Positions 1-14,800 of a DNA stretch of 64,000 nucleotides are shown here, one piece after another. Location of the stretch: the NCBI RefSeq assembly GCF_947568905.1, contig NC_079170.1:21762001-21826000 (forward strand). Reading direction: 5' to 3'. How positions within the stretch are numbered: the stretch's first letter is position 1; the number at the start of each line of letters is the position of its first letter. Under the pieces are notes generated by a model, which saw only the letters and a program-made list of their open reading frames with translations, was not told the DNA's origin and did not search any database. The stretch is from Ostrea edulis. Taxonomy: Eukaryota. Both the position numbers and the translations under genes were made by a program.

Positions 1-622
1 CCATTCTATTTAGATATACGTAGATTGTATTCTCTGCAAATTTCAATTTCAAGGATTTTGATGTACAGTGAAAATAACGAAAATCAAACTGTGGCGAAAA
101 TAAAACTGTATACAGTATGATAGAGAGCAAATCTAAGTTTGGTAATACTTTAACTCGTTGTCTTAAAATTGAACAAAGAAGATTTTCCAATTCAAACGTT
201 GTTAAATAGTGTAAGTCCAAGCTTCAGATCAGAGGTCGATGAGGGGGGGGGGGGGTGTGTGTGTGTTTTAATTCAGGGGGAGGGTGATCAGTCGGTTGCT
301 GTTTTAGGTGACATGTGGACATACTTTTTTCTCTCTCGGAAAGTCTTGAACAGGTTGCTGTCGTCATTTGTTCTACCCGGCTCCGTCGAACTTCTCTCTA
401 AACACCGTGATATTTCAGGCAAATTAGATTTTGGAACACAGTTTGCTATTCACAATGCAATAGTGAACTGTATTATAGAATGCAGTTAGATATTCAATAT
501 TTTTCAGTGCAAAATAGAGAAAATTAGACAGCACTGCAAACATCAAAGACCCCCTATCCCATGGTCTGGGATTCTGAGAGCGGGGTTCTAATGGCCAACT
601 ATCACTACTGTGAAAAAAAAAA

Positions 623-880
623 TGGATGGTAGTAAATTGTTTAACGTCCAGCTCAAGAATCTGCACTCATATGGAAACGTCATCATTGCCGGTGAAGAGT
701 TGCAAAATGTAGGCGCTTATGCATGTTATGGCCTTTGGGCAGCCTAGGAATCTTTATCGTGCTACACCTGCCGTAACACGGGCCTCGATTTTTGCGGTGT
801 CATCCGAAGGACCCCTCCCATCTAGTCGCTTTATACGAGAAGTAAGGGGCACTGATGACCTATTCTAACACGGATCCCCG
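623..880 (-). mobile_element. tRNA-derived SINE (family with the GGGGATCCGGGTTAGAATAGGTCC head), diverged copy
   Basis: Reverse complement matches the + copy at 62353-62612 along its length (tgtttaacgtcc...atcgtgc.acacctgc...catccgaagga...ctattctaac..ggatcccc). Confidence 0.8.
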
Positions 881-1510
881 GGTGTGGGGTACTGAGGACC
901 TATTCTGTTCTATCCTTACAAATGGTGATGGTACCACCTCTTTTCTAGATCCGCCTCGATATTTCACCTCAAGGCGAAATTTTAAATTGCAAGACCGAAC
1001 AACAGAATGACCACCCTGATAATGAATTAGTCGATTATTTCTCATATCCACCACCTATTTCACCCATCCTTCAGAATTTTCAAAACTCCCAGCTAACGAA
1101 TTTGGTATTCCAAGCTTAGGAAGTTATGCTATTATTTGAAGTCCATGAGATATTAATTAGAAATCAATTTGTTTCTGTCAAACATCGATCTCGCACTCAT
1201 TTGCCAGAGCGGAAGCACGACATTTCTCTGAAGTTATACGATATTTACCTTGAACAAATAGATAGGTATACAGGAGGACTCACGGAGTCTGTGAGCGGAC
1301 ATAGGATATCAATAATTATCCTTTTATAGTCATGTTTACTGTTTGATAATTAGCAACACTGATTAATTTGTCGAAGTTGTGTTACAAGCAAAATTTCAAT
1401 ATACACAAAGAAATATTGCAACACCAAAGTTACTGTTTTATAAAAAAAAAAATTGAAAACAGAGCAATAATTTTGAATTCATTCTAAACCTTTGTTTACA
1501 ATATACCTTA

Positions 1511-2342
1511 GCTGCAATAATGTAGCCCTCTCTGATTTTTTTTTTTTTTTTTTTTTTTTTTTAGGGAGAGGGCTACAACTCCTTAGGATCTCCGTAATGG
1601 TGCAAATGCGGGAGTGATTCACTCCCGCAACATTTGCGCTCATTCTAAACATTTCCTGACTTTCTTTACGTAAATAAAATAATATTCTATGTTTCTTAGT
1701 CAATATATAAATTTACAACCTGCAACTTTAGATTTGTGAGGCTCTATTCTACCGTTTTCAACAATTTCGATACATTCCAATTCCTCGATTCATATTTGTG
1801 CGCCATGTTTGATGTACTGAAGTTTCAACTTCCGATTGCCAAGTCATTTGCATATGCCATATAAGGTAGTATTTACATCAATGGACAAGTATGGAGGCGA
1901 AAGTTATTTCGTCGGTATTGAAAAGGTTTGAATTAAATATCAAGTTAAAAACCGAACAGCAGAGTGTAAAATCTTTCTGCAACAATATGATTTCCTTTCT
2001 TTGTCGAAGTGGCTCGAGTAACTACATTTTCGCGCTGATTGTCAATGTTTAGGCTTTCATTAGATCCACCTACGAGATCTCGCGATAACAAGCATGGCGG
2101 AGCAGACGAAGAATTTTGCATGCTGTACATTATATTTAATGAAAAACACCTTTATTAGACATGCTCGAGCACAAAGTTGGTACTCCTTTTGGTGTAAACA
2201 ACATTTGGGACTAATACACAGAGTTTATTATCGGTTATTCATACAATTATTTTGCACCATTACGGAGATCCTATGGAATTGTAGCCCTATCCCGAAAACG
2301 TCAAAATAAAAAAAAAAATTGGATAGGGCTACATTATTGCAG
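1511..2342. mobile_element. Non-autonomous DNA transposon (MITE)
   Basis: TIR GCTGCAATAATGTAGCCCT at 1511 and AGGGCTACATTATTGCAGC ending at 2342, flanked by TA on both sides. A second inverted pair (ggatctccgtaatggtgcaa / ttgcaccattacggagatcc) lies inside. No coding capacity. Confidence 0.75.
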
Positions 2343-2355
2343 CTAAATATACCTG

Positions 2356-3510
2356 TATTCAACTGTTTATTGTTCACGAATCGTCCGTGCGACTATTGTA
2401 CTCAGGTCTGACAGAATTGCAAGTTTTGTACACATTGCTTTAGCTCTTTGTTTAACTTGTGCAGTTTGACAGATTAGGTTGACTTTTCTTGCATCATCGA
2501 AATTATGGGTCCTCCACAAGTCTCAAATGTAATCTGATGACAGATTATTGGAATGAGGGAAGGCAGGTCTGTCATCGAGACAAATCGGTCATCAATTAAG
2601 TGGGTCATCATCATTCAACTATCTGTAGAATTGTCAGAGAGAACCAGTTCACAAATGGCGTTCAAGATCGTGAAAGATCTGGAAGGCCCCGTAAAACATC
2701 TGTTCATGAGGACATTGCACTCAGAAGGATGGTTAGACGAAACGTTTTTACCAAAAGCTCAATTTTTAAAAACCACATCGTTTGTTTTGAACGAGAACAA
2801 ACCAAAATCGACTGAGGTTATCCGGTTATTTAGCTATTGTGCAAGAAGATCCATAAAGAGGTCGTTGCTCACACCCAACCAGAGGAGCAGCACGAGGCAA
2901 TGGTGTCTCGATCACCAGCATCGGAACCTAGCCTCGTGGATGAAAGTCCATTGGTCAGCTGAAAGCCGCTATTTGCTACATATTACAGATGAACGAATGC
3001 GTGTATGACGGCAACTTACAACTGATATGATGAACGGAATATTGTAGAGAGGACTCCGTTTGATGGTGGATCGGTTATGGTGTGGGACTGTGTTTGGCGG
3101 TGGATCGGTTGTGGTGTGGGACTGTGTTTGGTGGTGGATCGGTTATGGTGTGGGACTGTGTTTGGCGGTGGATCAGTTGTGGTGTGGGACTGTGTTTGGT
3201 GGTGGATCGGTTATGGTGTGGGACTGTGTTTGGTGGTGGATCAGTTGTGGTGTGGGACTGTGTTTGGTGGTGGATCGGTTATGGTGTGGGAATGTGTTTG
3301 GTGGTGGATCGGTTGTGGTGTGGGACTGTGTTTGGTGGTGGATCGGTTGTGGTGTGGGACTGTGTTCCCTACGACTGTAAGCTGGATCTTATCACAGTTA
3401 GGGACAATCTTAATGCACAAAATTACCAAAGGGCCATTTTTGCTGCAGGTGTGCCTTATTTTAACAATCGTCGTTTTCTATTAAGGCCAGTGTTCATGGC
3501 TGACAATGTC
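2356..3510 (+). pseudogene. Tc1-family transposase relic (frameshifted, 3' truncated)
   Basis: Fragments STICRIV..RERSGRPRKTS (HTH), VHWSAESRYLL (W(S/T)DESRF-like), FGGGSVMVWDC and LNAQNYQ..VFMADN in shifting frames. Confidence 0.85.
3059..3365 (+). repeat. 34-bp minisatellite, 9 copies, inside the Tc1 ORF
   Basis: gga(c/a)tg recurs at 3085, 3119, 3153, 3187, 3221, 3255, 3289, 3323 and 3357; the unit encodes the GGGSVMVW motif. Confidence 0.95.
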
Positions 3511-4529
3511 AATATCTCGCGTCCTCTGTTTTTTTGAAAAAGAATGACAAATGAATGCATTTACTGATGACGTTTTCACGTTTATAGAGATCAAGTGATG
3601 CTAATAAAAACGTCAAACATGAAAACTTATTCATCTTATAGTATAAAGTTAATCATCATACTTCGGCTAAGAGGAAAAAGGCTGGTGTTGCGATTTTCTA
3701 ATCAGTGTGTGTATATGAAACGGCGAAGTGGGTACCTACCGTCTTTCAAAGTCAATGACTCCTCCCTCCCAATATCATGAAACTTTTAGATTCAAATTTT
3801 TAAATAATGTGTTAGACATTTTGTACACACCATTAAACATAGAATCCGCACCCATGTTGGTGTCATACATTAATATGTAAATTATAAAAAAGCAAATTCC
3901 ACTTGCCATGCTTTTACTATTCAGAAAGCCTTTTTATGCACCACTTTTGTTTTCAGTAAAGATTCATTTGTATTATATCACATTTGGTTAAAATATTGTG
4001 ACTGAGAGGACGCTGTTCATGTTATGTAATGCTTTTATATATTGCATTTCTAGTCAAGATGTGGGTATGTCTCCCAGCCAATTTCGCTCTGTATTTTTAG
4101 GACTCGCATGTTTCGTCCTTCTAAATAAATGACAAACTTTTATACTTATCATGTCTTTCTGTTATGATTTACATGGAAACAGAGCTGCAATGTTGCCTTG
4201 GATTTGTCCGCCAGTCTATGGCACGCGATAATTTAAGTTTTTTAAAGAAATATTTTCATGATTTTTATATAAATACTTGAAATAGGCAGACGAGAGACCC
4301 ATTTTGATTTTCAGATTTATTGGCTTTGTTGTTACATTGTAGCTGAGGTATGGAACTTGGAATTTTTATATCAAACTACTTTCTGACTTATCAGTGTTCT
4401 AGGGTGAAATACAACCCTTTTCGTAAGATAGACGTGTTTTAGACCTCTCCCCTTCATGAAAGCCATATCAAAATTGATTGTAGCAATCGCAATCATATAC
4501 CATAATCTTTTTCATGAACTGAAGGTTGG

Positions 4530-4560
4530 GTGCGCGCGTGTGTGTTGGTGGGGGCGTGCT

Positions 4561-4625
<65 letters not shown>
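4530..4625. repeat. (GC)n(GT)n microsatellite
   Basis: Direct reading; a poly(A) tract follows at ~4748-4790. Confidence 0.95.
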
Positions 4626-4627
<2 letters not shown>

Positions 4628-4744
4628 GTCCCACTTTGCTTTTCTCTTGTCCAACAAGAGAACTTAGCAAACCGAAAAAGAATTCTTTACACAAAAGAAC
4701 GTTATTCCATTTATCAACAGATCGTTTCGTGGTAGTACGACAGA

Positions 4745-4792
<48 letters not shown>

Positions 4793-4897
4793 ACCAAAAA
4801 AACTCCCCAAAAAACAACCAACTAATCACTCAGTGCATCAGTAGAGAAGAGGAATAACAGGGACCAGCGATTTATACTTCATAACAAACAGCATTTA

Positions 4898-5147
4898 TCA
4901 ACATGATGGAGGCGGCATATCTGGACGTTGAACAGGAGCTGTCGGGGGAAATACTGGCGGGGGCGGACCGTTAACTCCCCCTGGCGGTATTCCAAACTGC
5001 TGGTTCAGCGGGGGTCGAGCCGGTGGTGGGTACATGTTTGTGCTGGGATAGGCCGGTCGGGCTCCGTATGCAGGGGGTGGTGCCATTCCGGGATAGTGAC
5101 CTGTAACATACATGTACACAGGAATCACAGTTGTGGTCTTTATTTAG

Positions 5148-5208
<61 letters not shown>

Positions 5209-8200
5209 GAACAGACCTGGTGGTGCTGGTGGGGGGTGGACAGTAGTCATGGCGTGTATCTGTGTGGTGCCGTTACTCCGGATTTCTACCACGCGAGTAT
5301 GACTCTTCTCCTTCTTTTTACAGTAAATGACGAGCGCTACGATAACAACGATGGCCACTACACTGCCTACTACTATACCGGCGATACTCCGACTGTCTCT
5401 GAAAAAAGTCAATTATTGTGTGTACATTTTAATCAGGAGGTAGTTTATACTCTTATGAAAAGGTGAAGATAACGAACAGTGATCAATCTAATGACTCCTA
5501 CATGGAATATAAAATAGAGAGTTGGACAAACACGGGCTGTTGGATATACTGGAGGTGGGATCAGGTGTCTAGGAGGAGTAAGCACCCCTTGTCCACCGGC
5601 CACATCCGCCGTGAGCCCTATATCTTAATCAGGTAAACGGAGTAGTCCGTAGTAAGAATCAGTGTGCCATTAACGGCCTAACAATCGGTTTGAAACAAGT
5701 CAGACAGCATTTGACCCATTGATACGAGTAGGTTGTATTGGCAAACTAGATAATTATAACGACCATAGACTTTGCGAAATGCTGAATTTAAACGAGATTG
5801 TTGAAACCCCTGTAACATGAACTTGTTTGTCAGTATCCCGACTCAATTTAAAAACTGATCATACGCAGAACATGCTTTTGCGTATCGAATCAGTTGAGAG
5901 ATACAAACACCATATGCAGATGATAATGGAATATTGCTACATAAATATGGATGTTGACGATGAAGAAACTGAAATCATACCGTTTGTCATAAAGTTGAGT
6001 TGTTAGTTTGCTGTTGACATTTATTTTCAATAAAATATCCAAGTACGAAGTAGATGTGGAGGACTCTGTAGTGTATTTTATTTCGAGTTACAGGAATATA
6101 TCGAATCGACATAAACACCGATTTTAGGCCTAGATATTGATCCTTTAAGTATACTAGTATTATACGGAAGCGTAACTATATAGTGCCGCAGTCAATTTCT
6201 TATTTTTTATTTCCCACACTTTAATCTGTAAAATTTACACATTAATCTGTAAATTTTACACAATTTTCGAAAGAATGAATAATTGTTTAATTATAGAAAA
6301 TATAAAGTTTTGAAATTCCTTTACTAAACCAAGTTATTTTATTATACACTTATTTATAAAGATTCTTCTAAATATTTAAATATATAATTCTAATGGACAT
6401 GCAGTTTTAATGAAAAATTTTGTACACATTGATGACATCACATGGGGTTGGTTGTATTTTGTTTAACGTCCCTCTGGAAAATTTTTCACTCATATGGCGA
6501 CATCACCATTGCTGCAAAATTTAGACCTAAGCTCGACGCTAATGGTCTTTGAGCAGGGAGGAATCTTTGTCTTGCCACACCCGCTGTGACACGGGACCTC
6601 GGTTTTGGGGGTCTCATCTGAAGGACCGCCCGAGGGTAGAGATACCTTAAAATATAATTTATTAGAATTCATATACATGTGGCCATGTATATGTAATGGA
6701 AATATTAAGTGTCAAATCAACAATAATTTCGATAATTGAAATTATAATTAGTTATTCAATATAATGTGAGCAACAAACCAATAACAAAGGTCTACCCTAA
6801 AAGTATCATATCTTTACGTCTTGTGCACAATCATTGCATCAATGGAGGGAGCAATTCAGATAATGAACGCAAAACAAATCATTACTCTTGTTACTTGAAT
6901 CAATTATAAATTATCATTAATTCAGTGACATACGCGCATGAATTTAATGGATGTAAGCAACAATTCGGTTACTTTCCATTTTCTTTTCTTTTTTTATTCG
7001 CTCAAACCACAATGAAAGTGGTACATAAGGTACAATACATAGATTTCATGTATTGATACAAGGTACATCACAGGAATATACAAACATAGTGAAATATATA
7101 CATAGAAATATGGAGGTATGTGTTGAGGAGAACAGGCTAATTAATAAACCTTTGAAATAAACATGCACAGGTTTTTAAAAAGGTTTTCTCGCTGACACTG
7201 GAAGCAATATTTCGATTAATGCGTGATTCATTTATGATATATTTCTTTCGAAGTCTGGGGAACATAGGTTTATTGGTTCTATGAATTGTGCAAAGGGCAA
7301 TAATTCTTACTCATAATTTCTAGAATAAAGTGTGTAAAGTTTACAGATTAAAATATAAAATTTACATATAAAAGTCAGTGTAATTTTTACAGATGAAAGT
7401 GTAGAATTTACAGATGAAAGTGTTAATTTGTAAATTCTTGGGATGAAAGTTATTAAATTTTACAAATTAATGTGCAAAATAAAACTTAGCATTTATCAGT
7501 GGCGGATTTAAGGGGGTGCCCACCCTAAAATTTTCAAATTTAAGGTAATTCGTAGTCTCTTGTTTAGAAAAATGTAAACAATAAAAGTAGCAATAATTTC
7601 TTCCCCTCTAAGAGCAATAAATGACAAAATCTTTTGATTTATTGAATTACTTTTATTGGTAGAACTTTCATTCCCCCCCCCCCCCCCCAAAAAAAAACCC
7701 TTTAAAATTATATTGATTTTCCTCTATCAAAAATGGCAGAAAATAGTAAAAATGACTACATAGAATACATATTTCAAGCCCTATAAAATCTGTAAAGTCC
7801 AGGAGCTTTCCGGGGTCCCCCCCCCCGGTTTCGCCTTGGACCCACTGGAGGCCTCAAGGCGGTCCCTAGACCCCCCTGCCTCATAAAGTTGCGCCCCACT
7901 AACCGCAATTCCTTGATCCGCCCCTGTTTATTACCATTTAGTAATAAATTCGATATCATTTTGTATAGGACATTGTCACCAGAGACAATTACACTGTATA
8001 TGTATTACACACCGTTTGTCAAGGAAGTTTGTAGGCGTAGTAAACACAGATGATACATGTATAGGTTATATTACATTTTATCATATTATATTTTATCATA
8101 TTACATTATATTATATTACATTATATCATGTTACATTATATCATATTATATTTTATCATATTACATTATATCATATTACATTATATCATATTACATTATA

Positions 8201-11200
8201 TCATATTACATTATATCATATTACATTATATTACATTATATCANNNNNNNNNNNNNNNNNNNNNNNNNNNNNNNNNNNNNNNNNNNNNNNNNNNNNNNNN
8301 NNNNNNNNNNNNNNNNNNNNNNNNNNNNNNNNNNNNNNNNNNNNNNNNNNNNNNNNNNNNNNNNNNNNNNNNNNNNNNNNNNNNNNNNNNNNNNNNNNNN
8401 NNNNNNNNNNNNNNNNNNNNNNNNNNNNNNNNNNNNNNNNNNNNNNNNNNNNNNNNNNNNNNNNNNNNNNNNNNNNNNNNNNNNNNNNNNNNNNNNNNNN
8501 NNNNNNNNNNNNNNNNNNNNNNNNNNNNNNNNNNNNNNNNNNNNNNNNNNNNNNNNNNNNNNNNNNNNNNNNNNNNNNNNNNNNNNNNNNTTACATTATA
8601 TTATATTACATTATATTATATTATACCACATTATATTATATTACATTACATTACATTATATTATATCATATTAAATTATATCATATTACATTACATCATA
8701 TTAAATTATATTATATTACATTATATCATATTACATTATATTATATTATATCATATTACATTATATCATATTACATCATATTACATTATATCATGTTACA
8801 TCATATTACANNNNNNNNNNNNNNNNNNNNNNNNNNNNNNNNNNNNNNNNNNNNNNNNNNNNNNNNNNNNNNNNNNNNNNNNNNNNNNNNNNNNNNNNNN
8901 NNNNNNNNNNNNNNNNNNNNNNNNNNNNNNNNNNNNNNNNNNNTATCATATTACTTTATATCATATTACATTATATCATATTACATTATATCATATTAAA
9001 TTATATCATATTACATTATATCATATTACATTATATTATATTATATCATATTACATCATATTACATTATATCATGTTACATTATATCATATTATATTATA
9101 TCATATTACATTATATTATATTAAATTATATCATATTACATTATATCATATTACATTATATCATATTACATTATATCACATTATATTATATTACATTATA
9201 TCATATTACATTATATCATATTACATTATATCATATTACATTATATCATATTACATTATATCATATTAAATTATATCATATTACATTATATCATATTACA
9301 TTATATCATATTACATTATATCACATTATATTATATTACATTATATCATATTACATTATATCATGTTACATTATATCATATTACATTACATCATATTAAA
9401 TTATATTATATTACATTATATCATATTACATTAAATCATATTACATTATATCATATTACATTATATCATATTACATTATATCATGTTACATTAAATCATA
9501 TTACATTACATCATATTAAATTATATTATATTACATTATATTATATTATATCATATTACATTATATCACATTATATCATATTACATTATATCATATTAAA
9601 TTATATTATATTACATTATATCATATTACATTATATCATGTTACATTATATCATATTACATTATATCATATTACATTATATCATATTAAATTATATTATA
9701 TTACATTATATCATATTACATTAAATCATATTACATTATATCATATTACATTATATCATATTACATTATATCATATTACATTATATTATATTACATTATA
9801 TCATATTAAATTATATCATATTACATTATATCATATTACATTATATTATATTACTGAGTGATATTACCTATTCATTCTGGTAAATCCAGGGGTCCGTGTT
9901 TGCCCAACTCTGTATTTTGTATTGCTTATAGGAGTTATGAGATTGATTACTGTTTGTTATCTTCGCCTTTTGTTTGCCTTTTTTACGACATTATATAGTG
10001 CTACTTGTTTGTTAGATCATGCATACACTGATCAATGTTTGTCCCATTCACTTACTAGAGGGAGATTCTTACTTATTAAGTACTGTATTCAATTGATAGA
10101 AGCTGTACTTATGTTAATCATACCACGTGAATCTCACTTATTACATGTATTCCCCCAATCTTTGGACTCCTATCCTGAATACATCAGCATCAAAGTAAAC
10201 AAACCTACGAGTCGAGAAAGAGCAAATGAAATAGCAGTTGAACGCTTCATAGGTAAGGCTGACTTTACCTGTGGAATAACTAGAGCTTGTCAGACTTAAA
10301 CTGTAACTAGTGCTATACAACAAGGCTGACTTTACTTGTGGAATAACTAGAGCTTGTCAGACTTAAATTGTAACTAGTGGTATACAACAAGGCTGACTTT
10401 ACCTGTGGAATAACTAGAGCTTGTCAGACTTAAATTGTAACTAGTGGTATACAACAAGGCTGACGTTCCCTGGGTAAGAACTAGAGCTTGTCAGACTTAA
10501 ATTGTAACTAGTGGTATACAACAAGGCTGACGTTCCCTGGGTAAGAACTAGAGCTTGTCAGACTTAAATTGTAACTAGTGGTATATAACAAGGCTGACGT
10601 TCCCTGGGTAAGAACTAGAGCTTGTCAGACTTAAATTGTAACTAGTGGTATACAACAAGGCTGACGTTCCCTGGGTAAGAACTAGAGCTTGTCAGACTTA
10701 AATTGTAACTAGTGGTATATAACAAGGCTGACGTTCCCTGGGTAATAACTGGAGCTTGTCAGACTTAAATTGTAACTAGTGGTATATAACAAGGCTGACG
10801 TTCCCTGGGTAAGAACTAGAGCTTGTCAGACTTAAATTGTAACTAGTGGTATATAACAAGGCTGACGTTCCCTGTGGAATAACTAGAGCTTGTCAGACTT
10901 AAATTGTAACTAGTGGTACATAACAAGGCTGACGTTCCCTGGGTAATAGCTGGAGCTTGTCAGACTTAAATTGTAACTAGTGGTATATAACAAGGCTGAC
11001 GTTCCCTGGGTAATAACTGGAGCTTGTCAGACTTGAATTGTAACTAGTGGTATATAACAAGGCTGACGTTCCCTGGGTAATAACTGGAGCTTGTCAGACT
11101 TAAATTGTAACTAGTGGTATATAACAAGGCTGACGTTCCCTGGGTAATAACTGGAGCTTGTCAGACTTAAATTGTAACTAGTGGTATATAACAAGGCTGA

Positions 11201-11724
11201 CGTTCCCTGGGTAATAACCAGAGCTTGTCAGACTAAAATTGTAACTAGTGGTATATAACTAGGCTGACGTTCCCTGGGTAATAACTGGAGCTTGTCAGAC
11301 TTAAATTGTAACTAGTGGTATATAACAAGGCTGACGTTCCCTGGGTAATAACTGGAGCTTATCAGACTTAAATTGTAACTAGTGGTATATAACAAGGCTG
11401 ACGTTCCCTGTGGAATAACTAGAGCTTGTCAGACTTAAATTGTAACTAGTGCTACACGTGTTTCTAGAAAGACCCCACACGTACATCACAAACTGTACGT
11501 CATATCATCTACAGGTTGTAACTGAAATCTGTCATCTTTTAGTTCCTCATAGATTACTTCAAAGCTGTTAATATTTATTTTTATACACATTAAAGCTGTT
11601 CATATTTATTTTTATACACATTACAGTCAGTTTATTTGTATTCACTAACGTGCTTGTCACTTTGCAATGTTGATTTATTGGAAGTGAAACTTTCTTAAAA
11701 CGCCCTCTGGTGAGAGAATGGGTT

Positions 11725-11807
<83 letters not shown>

Positions 11808-14800
11808 GTTACAGTCTTTTATTATTTTGGTACTTCCTCTTCAGACCCATCATGTCAATTTCAAACAAACTTGCAACAACACATGCTTAGTTAAAACCAA
11901 ATAATTCAAGATATTCGAATAAAGGGTCATAAAATCTTACAAGGGGAGGTAATTAGGGGAAAAAACTACAAATTGGGTGGGTGAATTAATGAACAAATAT
12001 TCTAAAGACCCATTGGGTCTGAGAAAGTCTCAATATACCATTTTATTTGAACTGCCAGTATGACACTCGTGTAGGGCTCTAATAACTTGATAGTTCAATA
12101 TATAAAAAGAAACCTCTTGTCAAGTACCTGTTTCTACCCCTCTAACGTACTATTCAAACATTATGTTCAAGGTAAACCTGATATTGTATGCCTACAGGTC
12201 ACCACTGTTTATGGACCTGATATGATGTTGATATACAGGTATACGTTGTTGTTGCTATTGTTGTTGGATATATTGTTGTTGGAGATTGTGTATACTTACA
12301 GGTACGTGTTGTTGTTGTTGGAGATTGTGTATACTTACAGGTGCGTGTTGTTGTTGGAGATTATGTATACTTAAAGGTGCATATTGTTGTTGTTGTTGAT
12401 TATTTATACATACAGGTACGTGTTGTTGTTGTTGGAGGAGATTATTTATACTTACAGGTACGTGTTGTTGTTATTGTTGATTATTTATACTTATAGGTAC
12501 GTGTTGTTGTTGTTGTTGGGGATTATTTATACTTACATTTACGTGTTGTTCGAGATTGTTTATACTTACAGGTACGCGTTGTTGTTGATTATTTATACTT
12601 ACAGGTACGTATTATTGTTGTTGTTGATTATTTATATTTACAGGTACGTGTTGTTGTTGATTATTTATACTTACAGGTACGTGTTGTTGGAGATTATGTA
12701 TACTTACAGGTACGTGTTGTTGTTGTTTATTTATACTTACAGGTACGTGTTGTTGATTATTTATACTTACAGGTACGTGTTGTTGTTGTTGTTGTTTATT
12801 TATTTATACTTACAGGTACGTGTTGTTGTTGTTGTTGTTTATTTATTTATACTTACAGGTACGTGTTGTTGTTGATTATTTATACTTACAGGTACGTGTT
12901 GTTGTTGTTTATCTATACTTACAGGTACGTGTTGTTGTTGATTATTTATACTTACAGGTACGTGTTGTTGTTTATTTATACTTACAGGTACGTGTTGTTG
13001 TTGATTATTTATACTTACAGGTACGTGTTGTTGTTGTTGATTATTTATACTTACAGGTACGTGTTGTTGTTGTTTATCTATACTTACAGGTACGTGTTGT
13101 TGTTGATTATTTATACTTACAGGTACGTGTTGTTGTTGTTTATTTATGCTTACAGGTACGTGTTGTTGTTGATTATTTATACTTACAGGTACGTGTTGTT
13201 GTTGTTTATCTATACTTACAGGTACGTGTTGTTGTTGTTTATTTATACTTACAGGTACGTGTTGTTGTTGATTATTTATACTTACAGGTACGTGTTGTTG
13301 TTGTTTATTTATACTTACAGGTACGTGTTGTTGTTGTTTATTTATACTTACAGGTACGTGTTGTTGTTGTTTATTTATACTTACAGGTACGTGTTGTTGA
13401 TTATTTATACTTACAGGTACGTGTTGTTGTTGTTGGAACAGTAGTAGTTGGAGTAGTAGTAGGAGTAGTAACAGTACTTGGCATCTGAGAATGTCCCTGT
13501 AGAAGAACAACAATGATTCTTACAAACATCAATCTATTATTAGGATTTACTGTGTTCAGAACTATAACAATGAATTCTAATTACTAAGACCGAACGCGAT
13601 GGCACATGGCTAAACTATTCGCTTTGTGACCGGAAGGCTGTGAATTCGAACTTGGCCCCGTCAAACCTTTCACACTGTGACGAGTTGATGCCACGAGTTT
13701 CGGCGAGTTATTACTCGCCATAAATTTCCAGGTGTTGTGTAGGACTCGAACACATATCTGTACACAACACATAGATGTCTCTACATGTCGCCATTAATCG
13801 ACAAGCTGCGGCGAGAATTTTAAACGGTTTGAAATTGCGCGAGTTTTAGTCTCAATGAAATGTTGAAGATATGTTGAATTGATGTCGTCCAGTCTCGTGT
13901 GCGTGTTATCACATGGCACCGCTTCTCGCCGTGTAGAAAGTAGTTCCACTTGTCACTGCTTCTCGCCGTGTAGAAAGTAGTTCCACATGTCACTGCTTTT
14001 CGCCGTGTAGAAAGTAGTTCCACATGCCACGAGGCGCGTAGCGAGTTCGGAGGACAATAATACAATCTCTGCTCAACATGTGCCCGACATGCAACAAGTT
14101 TACATTTGTACGATTTTATACGTGTTCTGTTCCACATTTCCTCGACATTGCTACGAATTTTGCAGTGTGATTGTATACAATCTTGTATCAGCAACAGTTG
14201 TCCTAGACACCTACTGACAGTCATGCCAAAGAGGAAGGGAACAAACAATAAGGTGGTCGATGAACAAGACATTGTACCACAGTTAATAACACCCCCATTC
14301 ACCAACACCACGTCTGAACGAGTCAGACGGAGAGAATCCGATGATGGAGATACAGTAAACTGAGATGTCAGTTACGTCAGCATTGCTGGTTAAAGTCTGC
14401 AAAAAAAAATTTAAGCCTATGCTCGGCACTTATGGCCTTTGAGCAGGGCGGGATCTTTATCGTGCCACACATGCTGTGACACGAGACTTCGGATTTTGTG
14501 GTCTCATCCGAAGGACAGAACTATTTAGTCGCTTTTTACGGAAAGCAAGGGGGTACCGAGGACCTACAGTATTTTGATACGTATGTCCACGGTACTATCA
14601 GTTCGAAAGGTAAACTAGTAAACAATAAATTTACAGACATACAAGAGACACTATTGGTGGAGTAGTTGCAGGGTAACCCTATATTGTATAACAAAGACAT
14701 GGAGGAATACAAAAAACAAGGAGAAGAAGGCTGTTGTGTGGACAGAAACTGCTGTACCCGGTATGTGGAATGTTGCTAAAAAGTAACTGTTGTTACATGT

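Noticed and set aside
3560-3630. CTGATGA hammerhead-like cores (also ~2535, ~16963, ~47213)
   Set aside because: No stem II closed by GAAA and no stem I/III pairing could be built by eye.
6190-7496. Possible foldback element with subterminal atctgtaaa repeats
   Set aside because: The inverted similarity is too degenerate and there is no clear TSD.
8016-9399. Long Y/I/H/L-rich ORFs
   Set aside because: Translations of an AT pentamer microsatellite spanning N gaps.
12384-13513. ORFs of 163-224 aa on both strands (QQQHVPVSIN, YLYLQVRVVV repeats)
   Set aside because: Stop-free frames of the VNTR. The real exon uses a different frame that has a stop in every unit.
13590-13660. tRNA-like sequence with a GTG anticodon-like loop
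   Set aside because: No acceptor stem and degenerate boxes; at best a SINE head relic, not a tRNA gene.
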